From Octopus vulgaris (lineage: Eukaryota), in contig OX597818.1 of the NCBI GenBank assembly GCA_951406725.2, positions 107,880,001 through 107,944,000 of the forward strand: 64,000 nucleotides of DNA, written 5' to 3'. Position numbers and translations under genes: made by a program. A model generated the notes under the pieces. The model had not been told where the DNA came from and searched no databases. It saw nothing but the letters and a program-made list of their open reading frames with translations. The stretch's first letter is position 1; each line of letters begins with the position of its first letter. Below, in pieces: positions 13,650 to 25,600 of this stretch.

Positions 13650-13702
13650 AGTTCAATGTATTTCGTTATTATTGATGAGTTAAACATAATTCCTCAGAAA
13701 CT
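13650..13702 (-). ncRNA. Type I hammerhead ribozyme-like motif
   Basis: Minus strand: AGTTT-CTGAGGA-aTTAT...ATAAc-GAAA-TACA-TT-GAACT. Helix I AGTTT/GAACT, weak helix II. Confidence 0.5.
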
Positions 13703-14869
13703 TACTCATCGTAATTATATGGTACTTTCTAATAAGGTCGCTAAGCATTGCTAATACCACTGGTACACTTATTATTGATTATCAGATGATAATAAGTGAC
13801 AGAATCAACAGAACGTTGGCTGTAAGGTAGGAAGGTATTCAGTTACAATTTTCCATAAAATGGTTCAAATGATGCTAAGGTCAGCTTCTGGGCTCAATAA
13901 GGGAAAAGTCACCTTGCATGTCAAACCTTTACTTTAGCCATATTGAGCTCCAGATCTTAGCCCTGTTTACTGGACCTTCCTCTAAATCCTATGGTTGGTC
14001 ATTGATCACCAAAGGTAATTATACTGGCATTTCAGTTCTCAACCATCTTTAGGATTTACTTCTATAATACCTGATACTTCCTCAATATCCTTGTCTCTAT
14101 CTTAAGCCTCAATGTTTTACCCCAGCTTCACCATAATTCCATTGATTTGCACTCTTACCTTGACTTCTCCTCATTCTTTTCATCATACTGTCATCCCATT
14201 TTCACAATTTCTTTGACTACATCATCTGTGGCATAAAATCTAATGAAAGGCACCATTTCTTCCTCACTCAGTGTTATTCCTTTGTGTTTGACAACTTCAT
14301 ACTCCAAAGAATCCAAACCGTTGCCAGATCCTCCGTATTACTAACCCAAATATACACAATTGAAGACAGAATCTCCTTTTCTATTGTCTTTCACCCATCC
14401 ACCTTGCCTCTTCAGTGGTCCATTATCTCCAGATTTCATCATTGTTTTTGTTAACCCTTTAACTGTTCTGGTCTTTTCTCCTCCTTTCTAATGCACAAAG
14501 GACAAAGACATCATGTAAGCAAGCAAGCCAAAGCTCTCTTGCTTTTGTAATTCCTCTGTAGTAGTGATTGAAACTTCAACCATTAGATAATCAGTCAAAC
14601 ACCTCAATGGAACCACCACAGTTTCATGAGACTGGTCTAATATACAACCAGCATGAAGCTGTGGTGTGATGTGATTTTCTAGAATATTCTTTCTTGTACG
14701 CTTAAAAACCATTTGCATCTCAATTAATTACAGGGTGTTGAAAGCAGCTGACTATTGCATGTTTCCACTCTTGCCATGGCCACCTGCACTGACATCTTCA
14801 GGCTTTCAGACAGCAAACCCATCCTGGCATGGTGCCTGTATTTTTGAGTTTTCTTTTCCTGGTTTAGAG

Positions 14870-15142
14870 CGGTGGCTCTGAACTACATTTTGTCAATGAA
14901 CTTTTCTGATTCTTATTTTATCAAACCAGAACCCAATAGACATTTGAAACCCATAAACATTTGACATTTTAAAATGTCCCATTATATGCTTATAATTAAA
15001 TATCATTAAGAACTGTATAAAAGCATTGTTAGAATATTTTGCGCATTGTAACAATGTGACCCCTCTTTTGTAGATAAAATTGATCAACTGAACCTTATAT
15101 GGACTCCTCATGGCTCATGTGGACCCCAGTTGGAAACCACTG
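14870..15142. mobile_element. hAT-Charlie (MER5-like) MITE
   Basis: Imperfect TIRs CGGTGGCTCTGAAC / GTTGGAAACCACTG with 8-bp TSD GTTTAGAG / GTTTAGAA. Related copies at 19670-19893 and 44870-45093. Confidence 0.75.
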
Positions 15143-16084
15143 GTTTAGAAGAAACAGCACCATCCAAGACTTTCTCAGTCATTCCATGACCAATTATAAT
15201 GATGCAAATAGAATCCCTTTAAAACAATGGTAAATCAACAGAATGATGATGGATGGCAGAAACCCCTTTGGGCTCTGAATTTAAATTCCACCTGATCCCA
15301 TTTTGCTTGTCTTTATTCTGGAATCATTGAAAGATTTGTGTGCAGCAGACAATTAGATCCAGTCTAGTTCTTTGGGTGAAATCTGTGGTTTTGTTCAAAA
15401 GTTAGTAATGCAGTAGAACCTTGGTTCCATCATCATTATCATCGTTGTCGCCATCGTCATCATCATCATTTAACGTCAGTCTTCTATGCTGGAATGGGTT
15501 TGAGGATTTAATTCATTCCTGGTGGCCGTTTGTCACCCAAAACATTCGTAAACCAAAACTATTTTTCTCATGCAAAATTCAAGAGAAGGAATGGTGAATT
15601 CAACGATGCACGTGCACTGAGTGAAAGGTGGACAGCAACTGAGGTTCTCCTCCCACTAATACTCTCAGCTTGTCTCCAGCTGTTGCTGCTAGTTTGGATG
15701 GTCATTATTTGGAACACCATTCATCACCCGAGATGTTTCCTGTTTGAAAAGTTGTTCATAAACTGATTTGTTTGTGATGAGAGGCATCGATAAACCCAGG
15801 TTCCTCTCTACATAATGCATTCAATTAATTTCCTCGGGGGTGACCACTGTGACTCACAAGTCAGATTGTTTCGTGTGGAAATTCGATGCTACCTGAGCAA
15901 AACCTACCACTTCTTGCTTAAATGTACATCATTGTTACTGCTGGAAGTAAGGTACATAATTAGCCCCATCATCTGAACACCTCCATTCCAGATTTACAAT
16001 TTTAGTTTAATTCTTTAGAATTATACCATTCTCTGAAATGTGAGACAGTGAAGCTCCTGTCGAAAGTGGCCCCATAAGATTATC

Positions 16085-16155
16085 ACATTACACAGCAAAT
16101 GCATTCGCTTTGCATGGATGGTGCTACATGTGTAACAGGGAAGAGTGCAGTGTCA
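16085..16155 (+). mobile_element. hAT (Charlie/Buster-like) transposase fragment
   Basis: TGCATGGATGGTGCTACATGTGTAACAGGGAAGAGT translates CMDGATCVTGKS, matching the CTDGAxxMTGK motif. Confidence 0.55.
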
Positions 16156-17074
16156 CAAACAGTCTATCAAACATAAACCCTGTAAAGTGGTTGGCGTTAT
16201 GATGGGCATCCAGCTGTAGAAACTGAGCCCAAAACAGACAAATGAAGCCTGGTGTGGCCTCTGGCCTTTGCTAGTTCCTGTCAAGCCATCCAAAACCCAT
16301 GCCAGCATGGAAAAATGATGATGATGAAGCCTGTGTTGATCTGACTTGAAATTACAATGTTGATGATGGTGACAACTATGACTATGATGATGACGATGAT
16401 GATGATCATCATCATCATCCTCATCGTCATCATGAAGATTGCAGCAACAATAAACAAAGTGATCTTGTTGAATGCGTTGGTTGCAAATAAAATAATTAGT
16501 ATAACAGGACATTGACACAACAGTGAGTTAAGGCTGAGACAGGAAATTGATTTTGTGGTTATTTTTCATAGATTTCCTCACTTGCATGAGCAAAAAAAAC
16601 AAAAGAAAATTTGACGCATTAAAACCTATGTTTTTATTGTTGTTTTTATTCATATTGTTTGTTTAGAGATATTTTTTCTTTTTCCTACCATTTTTTTTTC
16701 ATTCTGTTTTCCATCCTGGCATAGTCAGGAGATAACGGAATATTTCAGACATTTGCATAGGAATGGTTTCTTTCATCCTTCTTAATCCTTTTCCTAAAGA
16801 CTAATCTACAGAAACAGCCAAATTACACCCATCCCACCAAGATACACACACACACACACATGTATATATATATTACTTTTTTAGCTTTTATTTGTTTCAT
16901 TCATTAGAATATGGCCAAGCTGGGGCAGTGTCTTGAAGAATTTTTAGCTAAATGAATTAAATCCAGTACTTTTTTCTTAAGCATGGTTCATATTCTATCA
17001 GTGTTGAGGGCTTATATATATATATATATCTTATTTATATCTTAAAAATATTGATTATATTTTAGATTTTGAAA

Positions 17075-17135
17075 CACCTGATGAATGACTGCGACCTAAA
17101 AATTTGATGACAGCAGCCAGGAAACGATCGTAGTG
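17075..17135 (+). ncRNA. Type I hammerhead ribozyme motif
   Basis: CAC-CTGATGA-aTGACTGC[20 nt]GCAGCCAg-GAAA-CGATCG-TA-GTG. Intact core, palindromic helix III ACGATCGT, GUA cleavage triplet. Lies in an AT-rich insert between (TA)n tracts. Confidence 0.75.
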
Positions 17136-17258
17136 GATATTAATTATATTTTTTTAATAATTGTTACATATTTAAATAATATAAATTAATTTATGTATTG
17201 GCTTAAGTCTTTCATTGTTTGATTTGCCTAATAGTGGTTTTGTCTCTAATTTAATATA

Positions 17259-17307
<49 letters not shown>

Positions 17308-19669
17308 TGGGAGTGACAGATATTCTCTATATAGAATACACTTCGTAGTGCTCAAGAAGTTTAAACTTGACCAGGCAGAGGAGTAAATGTATGGATGAGC
17401 AAGTTAGGCAAGTTGATATACAAAAAATATTGAATACATTTAATACGAAAGATGCACATATGTTTATATATATAAAGAGGACTGACCTAGCTTCATTAAA
17501 AACCCCTAACCCTGAAAATTATTCCCCCCCACTACTCTCTTTCTAAATTTCCTTCCAACTTCTCCTTCTAATACACTTAATTCTCCACAAAATCATTCCA
17601 TCCTTAATCTCCTTTCTGTTGACACCTCAAATGTAAAATTCTTCCCTGAAGATGGAGGTTGGTACTATCCAATGATGGAATTAATTTACAATCCTCATTT
17701 TGGATCAGAATGGGTTGGATCTTGTTATTAGATGAGTCTGTTGTAAAGGTCACTCTTCTATTTTCTTATGTTTAGAGGTTATGAGAACGAAGTTTTTGTG
17801 TATGCTGAGCAGACTTGAAAGTTTTAAAGAGATGGCTTTTCCTCACTGGTCAAGCATTCATCAATTTATTTAAATTCAACTTGAAGTGACAGCTGATGCT
17901 AAAAAGGAGATGTTCTCCATTAATTTCATGAAAAATAGATGAGAGCATTAACTATGGAGTTATCGGTTGGCAGCAAGCACTGAGAGAAGGTACTTGTCTG
18001 GTGGCCCCTACAGAGATGGTACTTTGAATCATGCTATGGCCCCAGGAGAATGTCTTATCTGATTTCTGAGATGTTTGTCTTTAGACACTGACATTCTTAT
18101 GCATTTATCAGTTTTGTTTCGATGATTTCCAAACTCTTACTCAATATAAATCCTTGTTTTTTTTGTTGTTTTCTTTTGTATTTACCCCTTATTTGTACTT
18201 CATCCCAATGTCTTGAGCCATGGTGGCCAATAAAAGAAACCCTTATTATTATTAGATTCCAGTCCACTTGAATCTGATGCAACTGGCAGGGATTAAGGGA
18301 GATACTTTATGTCTGTTGTACATTAAGGGTTCAAATCCTACTGGGTTTAACTTTACTTTTCATCCCCAAAAGGTCAATATTTTAAATATTCCTTTGATAA
18401 TAAGATCGATTCAACCAAGCAGACTTCTAAGAAGAAAAAGTCTTCTGAATGGGCAAAAGAAATAATTATTTATATTCGATTTAGCAGAGGTTCGAGTGAG
18501 ATGCCTTACAGCTTAATTGCAAGAAGCAATTATTGGTGTTTGCATTGTTTTCATCATTTTCTTTTTTTTGCTGGCTGGGGAGGTGTGTGTGGGAGGGTGG
18601 GTAGGGAAGGTGGTAGCAAATAGTGGAGTTAGTAATGTTGGTAGTGGTGGTGTTAGTGGTAGTAGTGGTGACAATGTTAATAGTGGTAGCATTATTACTC
18701 GTTTGTTGGAGGTGCAGATTGGTGGTGGTGGTGATGGCAGTGGTAGAGGTGGTGGTAGTGGTGGTGGTGGTGGTGATGGTAATGGCAGTTGTGGTTGTAG
18801 TAATGTGGACAATGGTCGTATTTGTGATGGTGGTAGCGTGATTGGAGTAGAATAGATAGTAGAAGGGATGGTGATGCTATTGGTGGTAGCATGGTGGTGG
18901 CGGTGGCGGCAATGGTGGTAGTGGTGGTATCGAGGTACTGTTGGTGGCATTAGTAGCTGCAGTATTGGAAATGGTAGTTACAACGGTTCTAACCACCTGG
19001 AATAGCAATGGCTGGTCCACTTTATCAGCATCATCATCATCATCATCATCATCATCATGAATGATACGAAGATTTTGAGAGAGAAAATGACACCGTCAGC
19101 AACAATGACATCAAGAACAGTGAGAACAACAAGAACAAAGCTATCACAAACCATTACAGGATGAACAAGAACAATGGAAGCAATGATACTAGCAACAACA
19201 ACAACAACACTAGGAATGCAATAAAGTCAACATTAACAGCAACAACAAAGAGTATTAACATGAGATGATATGGAATCTGTTGAAAGAGGAAACACAACAA
19301 CCACAGAAGCGGTTACATGAGAAGCTAGAAGAGTCAGTTGTTGCTGCTTGCAGGCAAAATATATCACATAAAAGGTGGTCTTGATTGTTAAGAATGGAAC
19401 CAAATCAAATAATGAATCTGGAGATGTTGGAATAGTGTTACTCACTGAGATCGTAGAAATAGTAAGACACCAGATTGAATGTCTTCTAATATTCAATACT
19501 GCTTATCTGCATTCTGAGTTCAAACTCTGGCTCATAATTTCATTTCTCTGAGGTTAATCAAATATTTATGATGCATTAAATCTAAGACAGAACTATGAAG
19601 AATCTGTCCACCACCATTGTCACACACTGACACGAAGTGACTGTCACCTCTTTTTGGTTTCATTCAAAT

Positions 19670-19893
19670 CAATGGGGGCTCAACCATTTTTGTGTCTGTT
19701 GGCCCCTTTGATCCCTGTTTTGCTGTACTGGATCCCTATAGCCATTCAATGTTTAAAATCACATATTTTTATAATTAAAAATTGAAAGAAATTGCATTAA
19801 AATATTGTTAAAATATTTTGTGTATTGCATACAAATTTTGACAAAGGAATCTCATGTGGGCCGCCAAATCTCAAATCTGATTGAGAACAATTG
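19670..19893. mobile_element. hAT MITE, same family as 14870
   Basis: CAATGGGGGCTCAACCATTTTT...TTGAGAACAATTG; internal similarity to 44870-45093. Confidence 0.55.
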
Positions 19894-20494
19894 CATAAAA
19901 CGGTTGAGGATCTGCTTGCAGCCATCACATCTTTATTACTCTAAGATTTTCTAAGATTTACCACTTAAACTCATGGTTCTCAAATTTAAATCCAAAGATT
20001 TTTGAGTAGCAGACATGATACAGTTGCTTCATAGAGAAGGTTGTTGGTTTCAGTATTGTCCAAGACATGAATGGCATCCCAGACCACCATGCTATTTAAT
20101 GCTTCAAAAACAATCAAAACTTGCAGCTACCAGCATAAATTCCTTTATATAAGCCGATATTACTGAATATAAACCCATATTGTAAAACCATATTATTGAA
20201 GCAAATGGATCCAATATGACTTTAGTATAGAAATCTAACTGCCAGAGAAAAGTGTAGGTAGGATTAGTCTGTATGATTATAATGCAGAATATTCTATCTA
20301 GGAGTTGCTTTTAATCATTGCACATAATCATTGCACCCAAGCAGAGCTGATTGTGGTCATGTACAACAAATACAAACTTGCACATTAAAAGTTATGTGTG
20401 TGTATGTACGAACTTGTGTATGTGTGTGCATGTATGAACTTGTGTGTGTGTGTGCGTGTGTGTGTATGTGTGCGTGTGCATCGACTTGCAAGTA

Positions 20495-20800
20495 CTTGGT
20501 GACCCTGTCAGTGCAGGTGCCACTTAAAAAGTATCCAGACCACACTGTAAAGTGGTTGGCATTTGGAAGAGCGTCCAGCTGCAAAAAAACATGTCAAAAC
20601 TGACCTTGCCTGAGCTTGTGCCATGTAAAAAGCACTAAGTGCACTCTGCTGAGTGGTTGGTGTTAGGAAGGGCATCCAGCTGTAAAAATCCAGCCAAGTT
20701 ACAGAAGTCTGGTGCAGGCTTCTGCCTGGCTGGTTCTTGTCAAACTGTCCCACCCATGGAAGGCAGCATGGACGGCGGATGTTAAACAATGATGATGATG
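20495..20800 (+). mobile_element. RTE-tail non-autonomous retroposon
   Basis: Duplicated GTGCCA..TAAAAAG..GTGGTTGG..GGAAG(G/A)GC(A/G)TCCAGCTG module, then CAGCATGGACGGCGGATGTTAAAC(GAT)n. Confidence 0.7.
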
Positions 20801-21208
20801 AGGAGGAGGACTACGACGACGATGATGATGATGATGATGATGATGATATGTGAAGAGAGAGAGATGGGGGAGGGTGGAGAGAGAAAGAGAAAGGCCCCAG
20901 AGAGGATAAATGGGAGGAAGAAGCAGTTCATTAAAATATTTTTCTTCTCAAAATTACAAAGACATGCAATGATTATTAGGTGCCACTTTTTTTTATCAAA
21001 TTAACTGGATAGATATATAGAACCATCACAAACACACAAACAAAACAATTTCAAGCTTGTGCACAAATGTATGTGCAGTGAAAAGCATTCATATTGTATA
21101 TGAAACTATAAACACAATTAAATAGTCATCTCTTCGCATAAGCATCAAAGGTGCAAAGTTTGCACATATTTTCACACAGTCACAAGTGCATATTTCTTTA
21201 TAAACAAA

Positions 21209-21590
21209 CTAGCAGTATCGCCCGGCGTTGCTCGGGTTTGTATGGGAAATAACTATATAAGCATTTTTAGAGAGTTATAGCCAAAAAATAGCAAAAAAAA
21301 TGCATTAAAAATGGAAAAAAATGATGGTAAATTTTTTTTTAAATCGTTGACTCATCATAGACATTTTTAGAGAGTTACTTCCCTTATATAATAGCGAAAG
21401 AAATTATGGTAAATTTTTTTTTAAATCGTAGACTCATCGTAGACGTGCGCTAATACCCAGAAGGGCTCAATATGAATCACGACTATAAGATACCCGGTTT
21501 TGGTTAAACTGCACCGCAAAATGTGGGAGTAATTAGGAATCTAAATCGTAGGAGACAGACAGCACACAACCTCACTTTTATATATAAAGA
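21209..21590 (-). mobile_element. Non-autonomous Helitron
   Basis: Minus strand starts TCTTTATATATAAAAG and ends CCCGAGCAACGCCGGG-CGATACTG-CTAG. Inserted between A and T with no TSD. Confidence 0.85.
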
Positions 21591-22930
21591 TATAAAGATG
21601 TGCATAGAAATTCATATTAATATGCATACATAGATATATGACAAACAAACGTTGATCTCAGAAACTACTGATAAAGTTGCCTTTTTATGGCATTTCCCAA
21701 TGCTACAGGTTGAAAACAAGATTCAGCTAAACTTTTCATTTGAATCAGCTAAAACTTTTCAGGATCATCATGATACTTTTAATCAATTTCTGCCCAGTTT
21801 TTGAATTGTCTGTGCAAACAACATGAATGAACATAAAAAATAATGCCAGTAGAATTAAAAACGGAAATATGAAATTTGTAAGATTCATGAGCATAAAATG
21901 CATTTTCCTTTTGAAAAATTCAACAGTGATCTGAGGATCAAGATTAAGCAAAAACGATTGCAACAAAAAGAAAATGGATGCATAAAAGAATGATGTCACA
22001 AAAGAACAACATTTCCAAAGAATTAAATTATTCAAATTTGAATCCAAACATCAATAAGAAGCCTTCTCTGACAGAAGACAGAAAGCAGTGAGACGGAAGT
22101 CTATATAAGATTAACAAATTAAAAATAGATTATATGTAATGAGAACTGGCAAAGCACCCAATGTTCATAGGTTTTTGGTGATATAGAAAGAGAATATGAT
22201 GGAAATACGCAGGAAAGGAATTTTCTTGTCAATAACTTTTTTACTTTTCTATTTATATAAGGATAAAACAATTTGTTGGGATTTCTAAAGAACAAATTAC
22301 TGTAAACTTAACAATAAATCAATATATGTATAAAATTACAGTATCACAGTATAGAGCAGACTACTGGACGTTGTTATACATCACTGGTCACAATATGTTT
22401 CACATTGTTTTAGCTTCCAAATGATGTTACCCTACTGGCAAGGTGAGCAGGCCAATATTCCCCCTGCTTGGAAGGTTACTCCACCACAGAGTTACACATT
22501 TACATTATAAAATACTGATGGTAATATTGTTGTTTTGTGACTGACAAAGCAGAAACTGTTGTAAAACGAAAAATATCTTTGACTACTCAAAAGAAGCTAG
22601 GGATTAAAATATTCAGATTCAGCAGTAAATAAAAACTGGCAGACATTGCAAAACTGTAGCCAAATTCCAAAATTCCATACCATAACCTTTGTACGAGACA
22701 TGCAGAAATCATTGATGACTCAACCTTAAAATTGTGCTGACTAAAACACTGAGGATCAGAAATCCTTAAGAATACGTATATATATACACACACACAAAAT
22801 ATGGGGGTTTAATTTACAGGTGATCTAAATGACTAGGTACACTAGGTAAGTGCTATAAGGGATTACTAGGGTACCAAAGCTATAGTTGAGACAGTAGTTA
22901 TGGAGACATTACATATTTCTGATATAGTAG

Positions 22931-23455
22931 ATATATAATTGTTAAAGAGAGCAACAAACGTTAAGGCAAGGCAAACATCTCTAGTCATATGCATTATTAT
23001 TATTAGAAAAAAAATTCTAAGTCTTACAGCTATTTCTGGGATATGCCAGAGTATGAGATATTCCATCATTGGAGACAAATAGGGAAAATGAGAAGAGTAT
23101 AGATTAATGAAATGACAACATAGAGGACAAGAATAAGGAGATGAAGAAAGAGAAGAAAAAAGAAGCATAAAAGTTCATAGTTAAACTTTCTGATCTTGTA
23201 AAAATAAGTCCATAAGTCCTTAGGTACAATCCTGCATAAATCCATGTAGGTTAAAGTCCTGATAGTGTAAATATTTCATTGATCTATACCTTTCTCATTT
23301 TCCCTATTTGTCTCTGATGACAGAATATCCCATACTATGGGATATCCAAGAAACACCTGTAAGACGTTGAATTGTTTCCAATAATAATAATGTATATGAC
23401 TTGAGATTTTTGCCTTGCCTTAACGTTTGTTGTCTTCTTTCACAATTATATATAT
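22931..23455. mobile_element. Inverted pair of ~180-bp HHR-bearing (PLE-like) termini
   Basis: 22931-23113 is the diverged reverse complement of 23273-23455. Both arms carry an HHR motif. Confidence 0.7.
23310..23365 (+). ncRNA. Type I hammerhead ribozyme motif
   Basis: GTCT-CTGATGA-caGAATATCCC atactat GGGATATCCaa-GAAA-CACCTG-TA-AGAC. The partner at 23021-23076 (-) has TAGCTG, implying ancestral palindromic helix III ACAGCTGT. Confidence 0.75.
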
Positions 23456-23476
23456 ATGTAGATAGATAGATAGATT

Positions 23477-23564
<88 letters not shown>

Positions 23565-24063
23565 TGTTTCTTTATTAGCCACACAGGGCTGCACACAGAC
23601 AGAACAAATTACAAAGTAGAGCTTTTCTTTTGGGGGTAATAAAAAGGGGGTTGGTTTTCGATCAAAAGGGATCGTAAAAGGAAAGAAAGAGGACAAAAAA
23701 GGGAGGAGAGGGAAAAAAAAGAAAAGGGGAGAGGAAAAAAAGGTGATCAATAGGGATCGTAATCACAGAAATGTCAATATGAAGTGTAAAAAGGAGGACA
23801 GGTGAGGTTTACCCGTGGAAAGAAAAGCCTACGGAAAAGACCACGGTAACCTCGGTCAATGAAGTCACATGTTATGCTTCTTTCTTTTATTTTTATTTTT
23901 TTTTTGCAAATAAGCAACTCTCTGTATTAATTTTTACGGTTCATAGAATCATAGTCAAGGTGGCTTCGTCATTCATACGTGCCATCCTTGCTACATTCAC
24001 CCATCTTTTTTTAAAACATTCACTAGACAAAACTTGCCTCTCTACTCTCACTTTCCTCTTCAA

Positions 24064-24066
<3 letters not shown>
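23565..24066 (-). mobile_element. 5'-truncated LINE 3' end (L1/Tx1-like) within (GATA)n
   Basis: ORF end YLKRKVRVERQVLSSECFKKRWVNVARMARMNDEATLTMIL*, pyrimidine-rich 3' UTR and AATAAAGAAACA. (GATA)n on both sides. Confidence 0.55.
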
Positions 24067-24117
<51 letters not shown>

Positions 24118-24584
24118 TAATGCAGATTTGTAAATCTTGCTAAATCGTTCTATTAAATAAATTGCAATTCTAATTGGGACAGATTGAATCAAACAAGGAA
24201 CGAGGGTACTTAGTTATGAATCACTGACAAATTACATGTTATGTGTGTGTACAAATAGTAGGTAACTTATTTATACTAATGCATCCAGAATCACTGCTAG
24301 GTTAGCTGCAAGGTTAGAGTTTGATAATCAGTTGGTGACAATGAAATTTAGAGATAGATTTCTATTTCCATAACTTGAAATATACGTAGAGATGAAGAAA
24401 AGCAAGAGAAATCGAAAGTATTTCACAGTGTTCGATTGTAATTGCCAAACATTTAGACTGGAGTTATATTTCCTTGATGAACGAAGTATGGCAGTTATTT
24501 GTATGCCATATTGAAGTGTGTAGCTGGAGAATATGAGCCAAAGATTGGTTGGATATTTGACTTAATTTTTAACGTAAGGCCTTG

Positions 24585-24850
24585 TGAAGGCATGTGGCCT
24601 AGTGGATCGGGGTGTTCAGCTTATGATCATTAGGCCCTGAGTTCGATTCCTAGTGGTGTGTTGTGTCCTTGAGCAAGACACTATTTCACATTGCTCTAGT
24701 CCACACAGCTCGCAAAAATGAGTTATACCTTGTCTCATTTTGTGTCAAGCTGAATAACTACATTAAGGGTCTGTGGAGCATTCAGCCACTTGCACATTAA
24801 TTTTACATGCAGGCCATTCTGATGATGGATCAATTGATCAATTGATGGAG
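24585..24850 (+). mobile_element. Decayed tRNA-derived SINE
   Basis: GGCATGTGGCCTAGTGG...GAGTTCGATTCC...GTGTCCTTGAGCAAGACAC. Confidence 0.6.
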
Positions 24851-25600
24851 TGCCAGTATGTAAAGCCCTACTAACTCACATATCTCCACACTATGATAGC
24901 ATCCCATGCTTAAAACAGTTTCTTTTTATATAGTCAACATAATTCATAGCAAAATCATGTGGACTTTCTTAAGTGCATTATCATATTTGCTGTCCACTGT
25001 ACTGAATCCTTCAGCAGAGTCAAAGACTTAATGGTAGGGATTTTCCAACCAATGGATAAAAGTCTAAAACGCTGAATAGTCTATATGCAATTTTTCTATT
25101 CCTTATGCAGTTGAACTAGTCCATTGCAGATGTACAGTTGTTTCATTACTGAAATTTTGATTATTTTGGATTTGATACCAATATTACTCACTCTACTCAT
25201 TTCACTTTTAATGGCTTTACCAGTTTGCATTTGTAGTCTAACTCTACTTGGTGATTGACTTATGATCCTTCAGTGTTATGTATGATTGTGATCTTGCAGT
25301 GTTATTATTTTGATTTCTGTTTGTTACTTCTTTTGCCTCTTTGTTTATTTTAGTTTGTTTGATGTTTGCTTTTTTTATATGTTTTTATTCTATTTCAGCA
25401 ACGCTTTTGATTGATATCTTTGTCTGCTACAAAGAGTTTCCTTTGTTTTGTCTTTGAATATGTAAGTTTCTTTGAACATTCATAATGATTATTCATTTTG
25501 TTTTGGGAAGTTGTTTGTATAATTGTTAAAATCTCGATTTGCTTTGTTTTATTCTTAACAAATAAGTTGTTGAGACAGACTTAAATTACAAGCTTCTAAA
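24851..25600 (-). mobile_element. Penelope-like reverse transcriptase remnant
   Basis: Minus-strand pieces YITLKDHK, KCKLVKP/KSEMSRVS, DFYP and MGCYHSVEICELVGLYILA match the PLE RT motifs FITLKDHK..RLINP.KSE, DFYPSI and MGSYDGAEICELVGLYIL. Confidence 0.8.
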
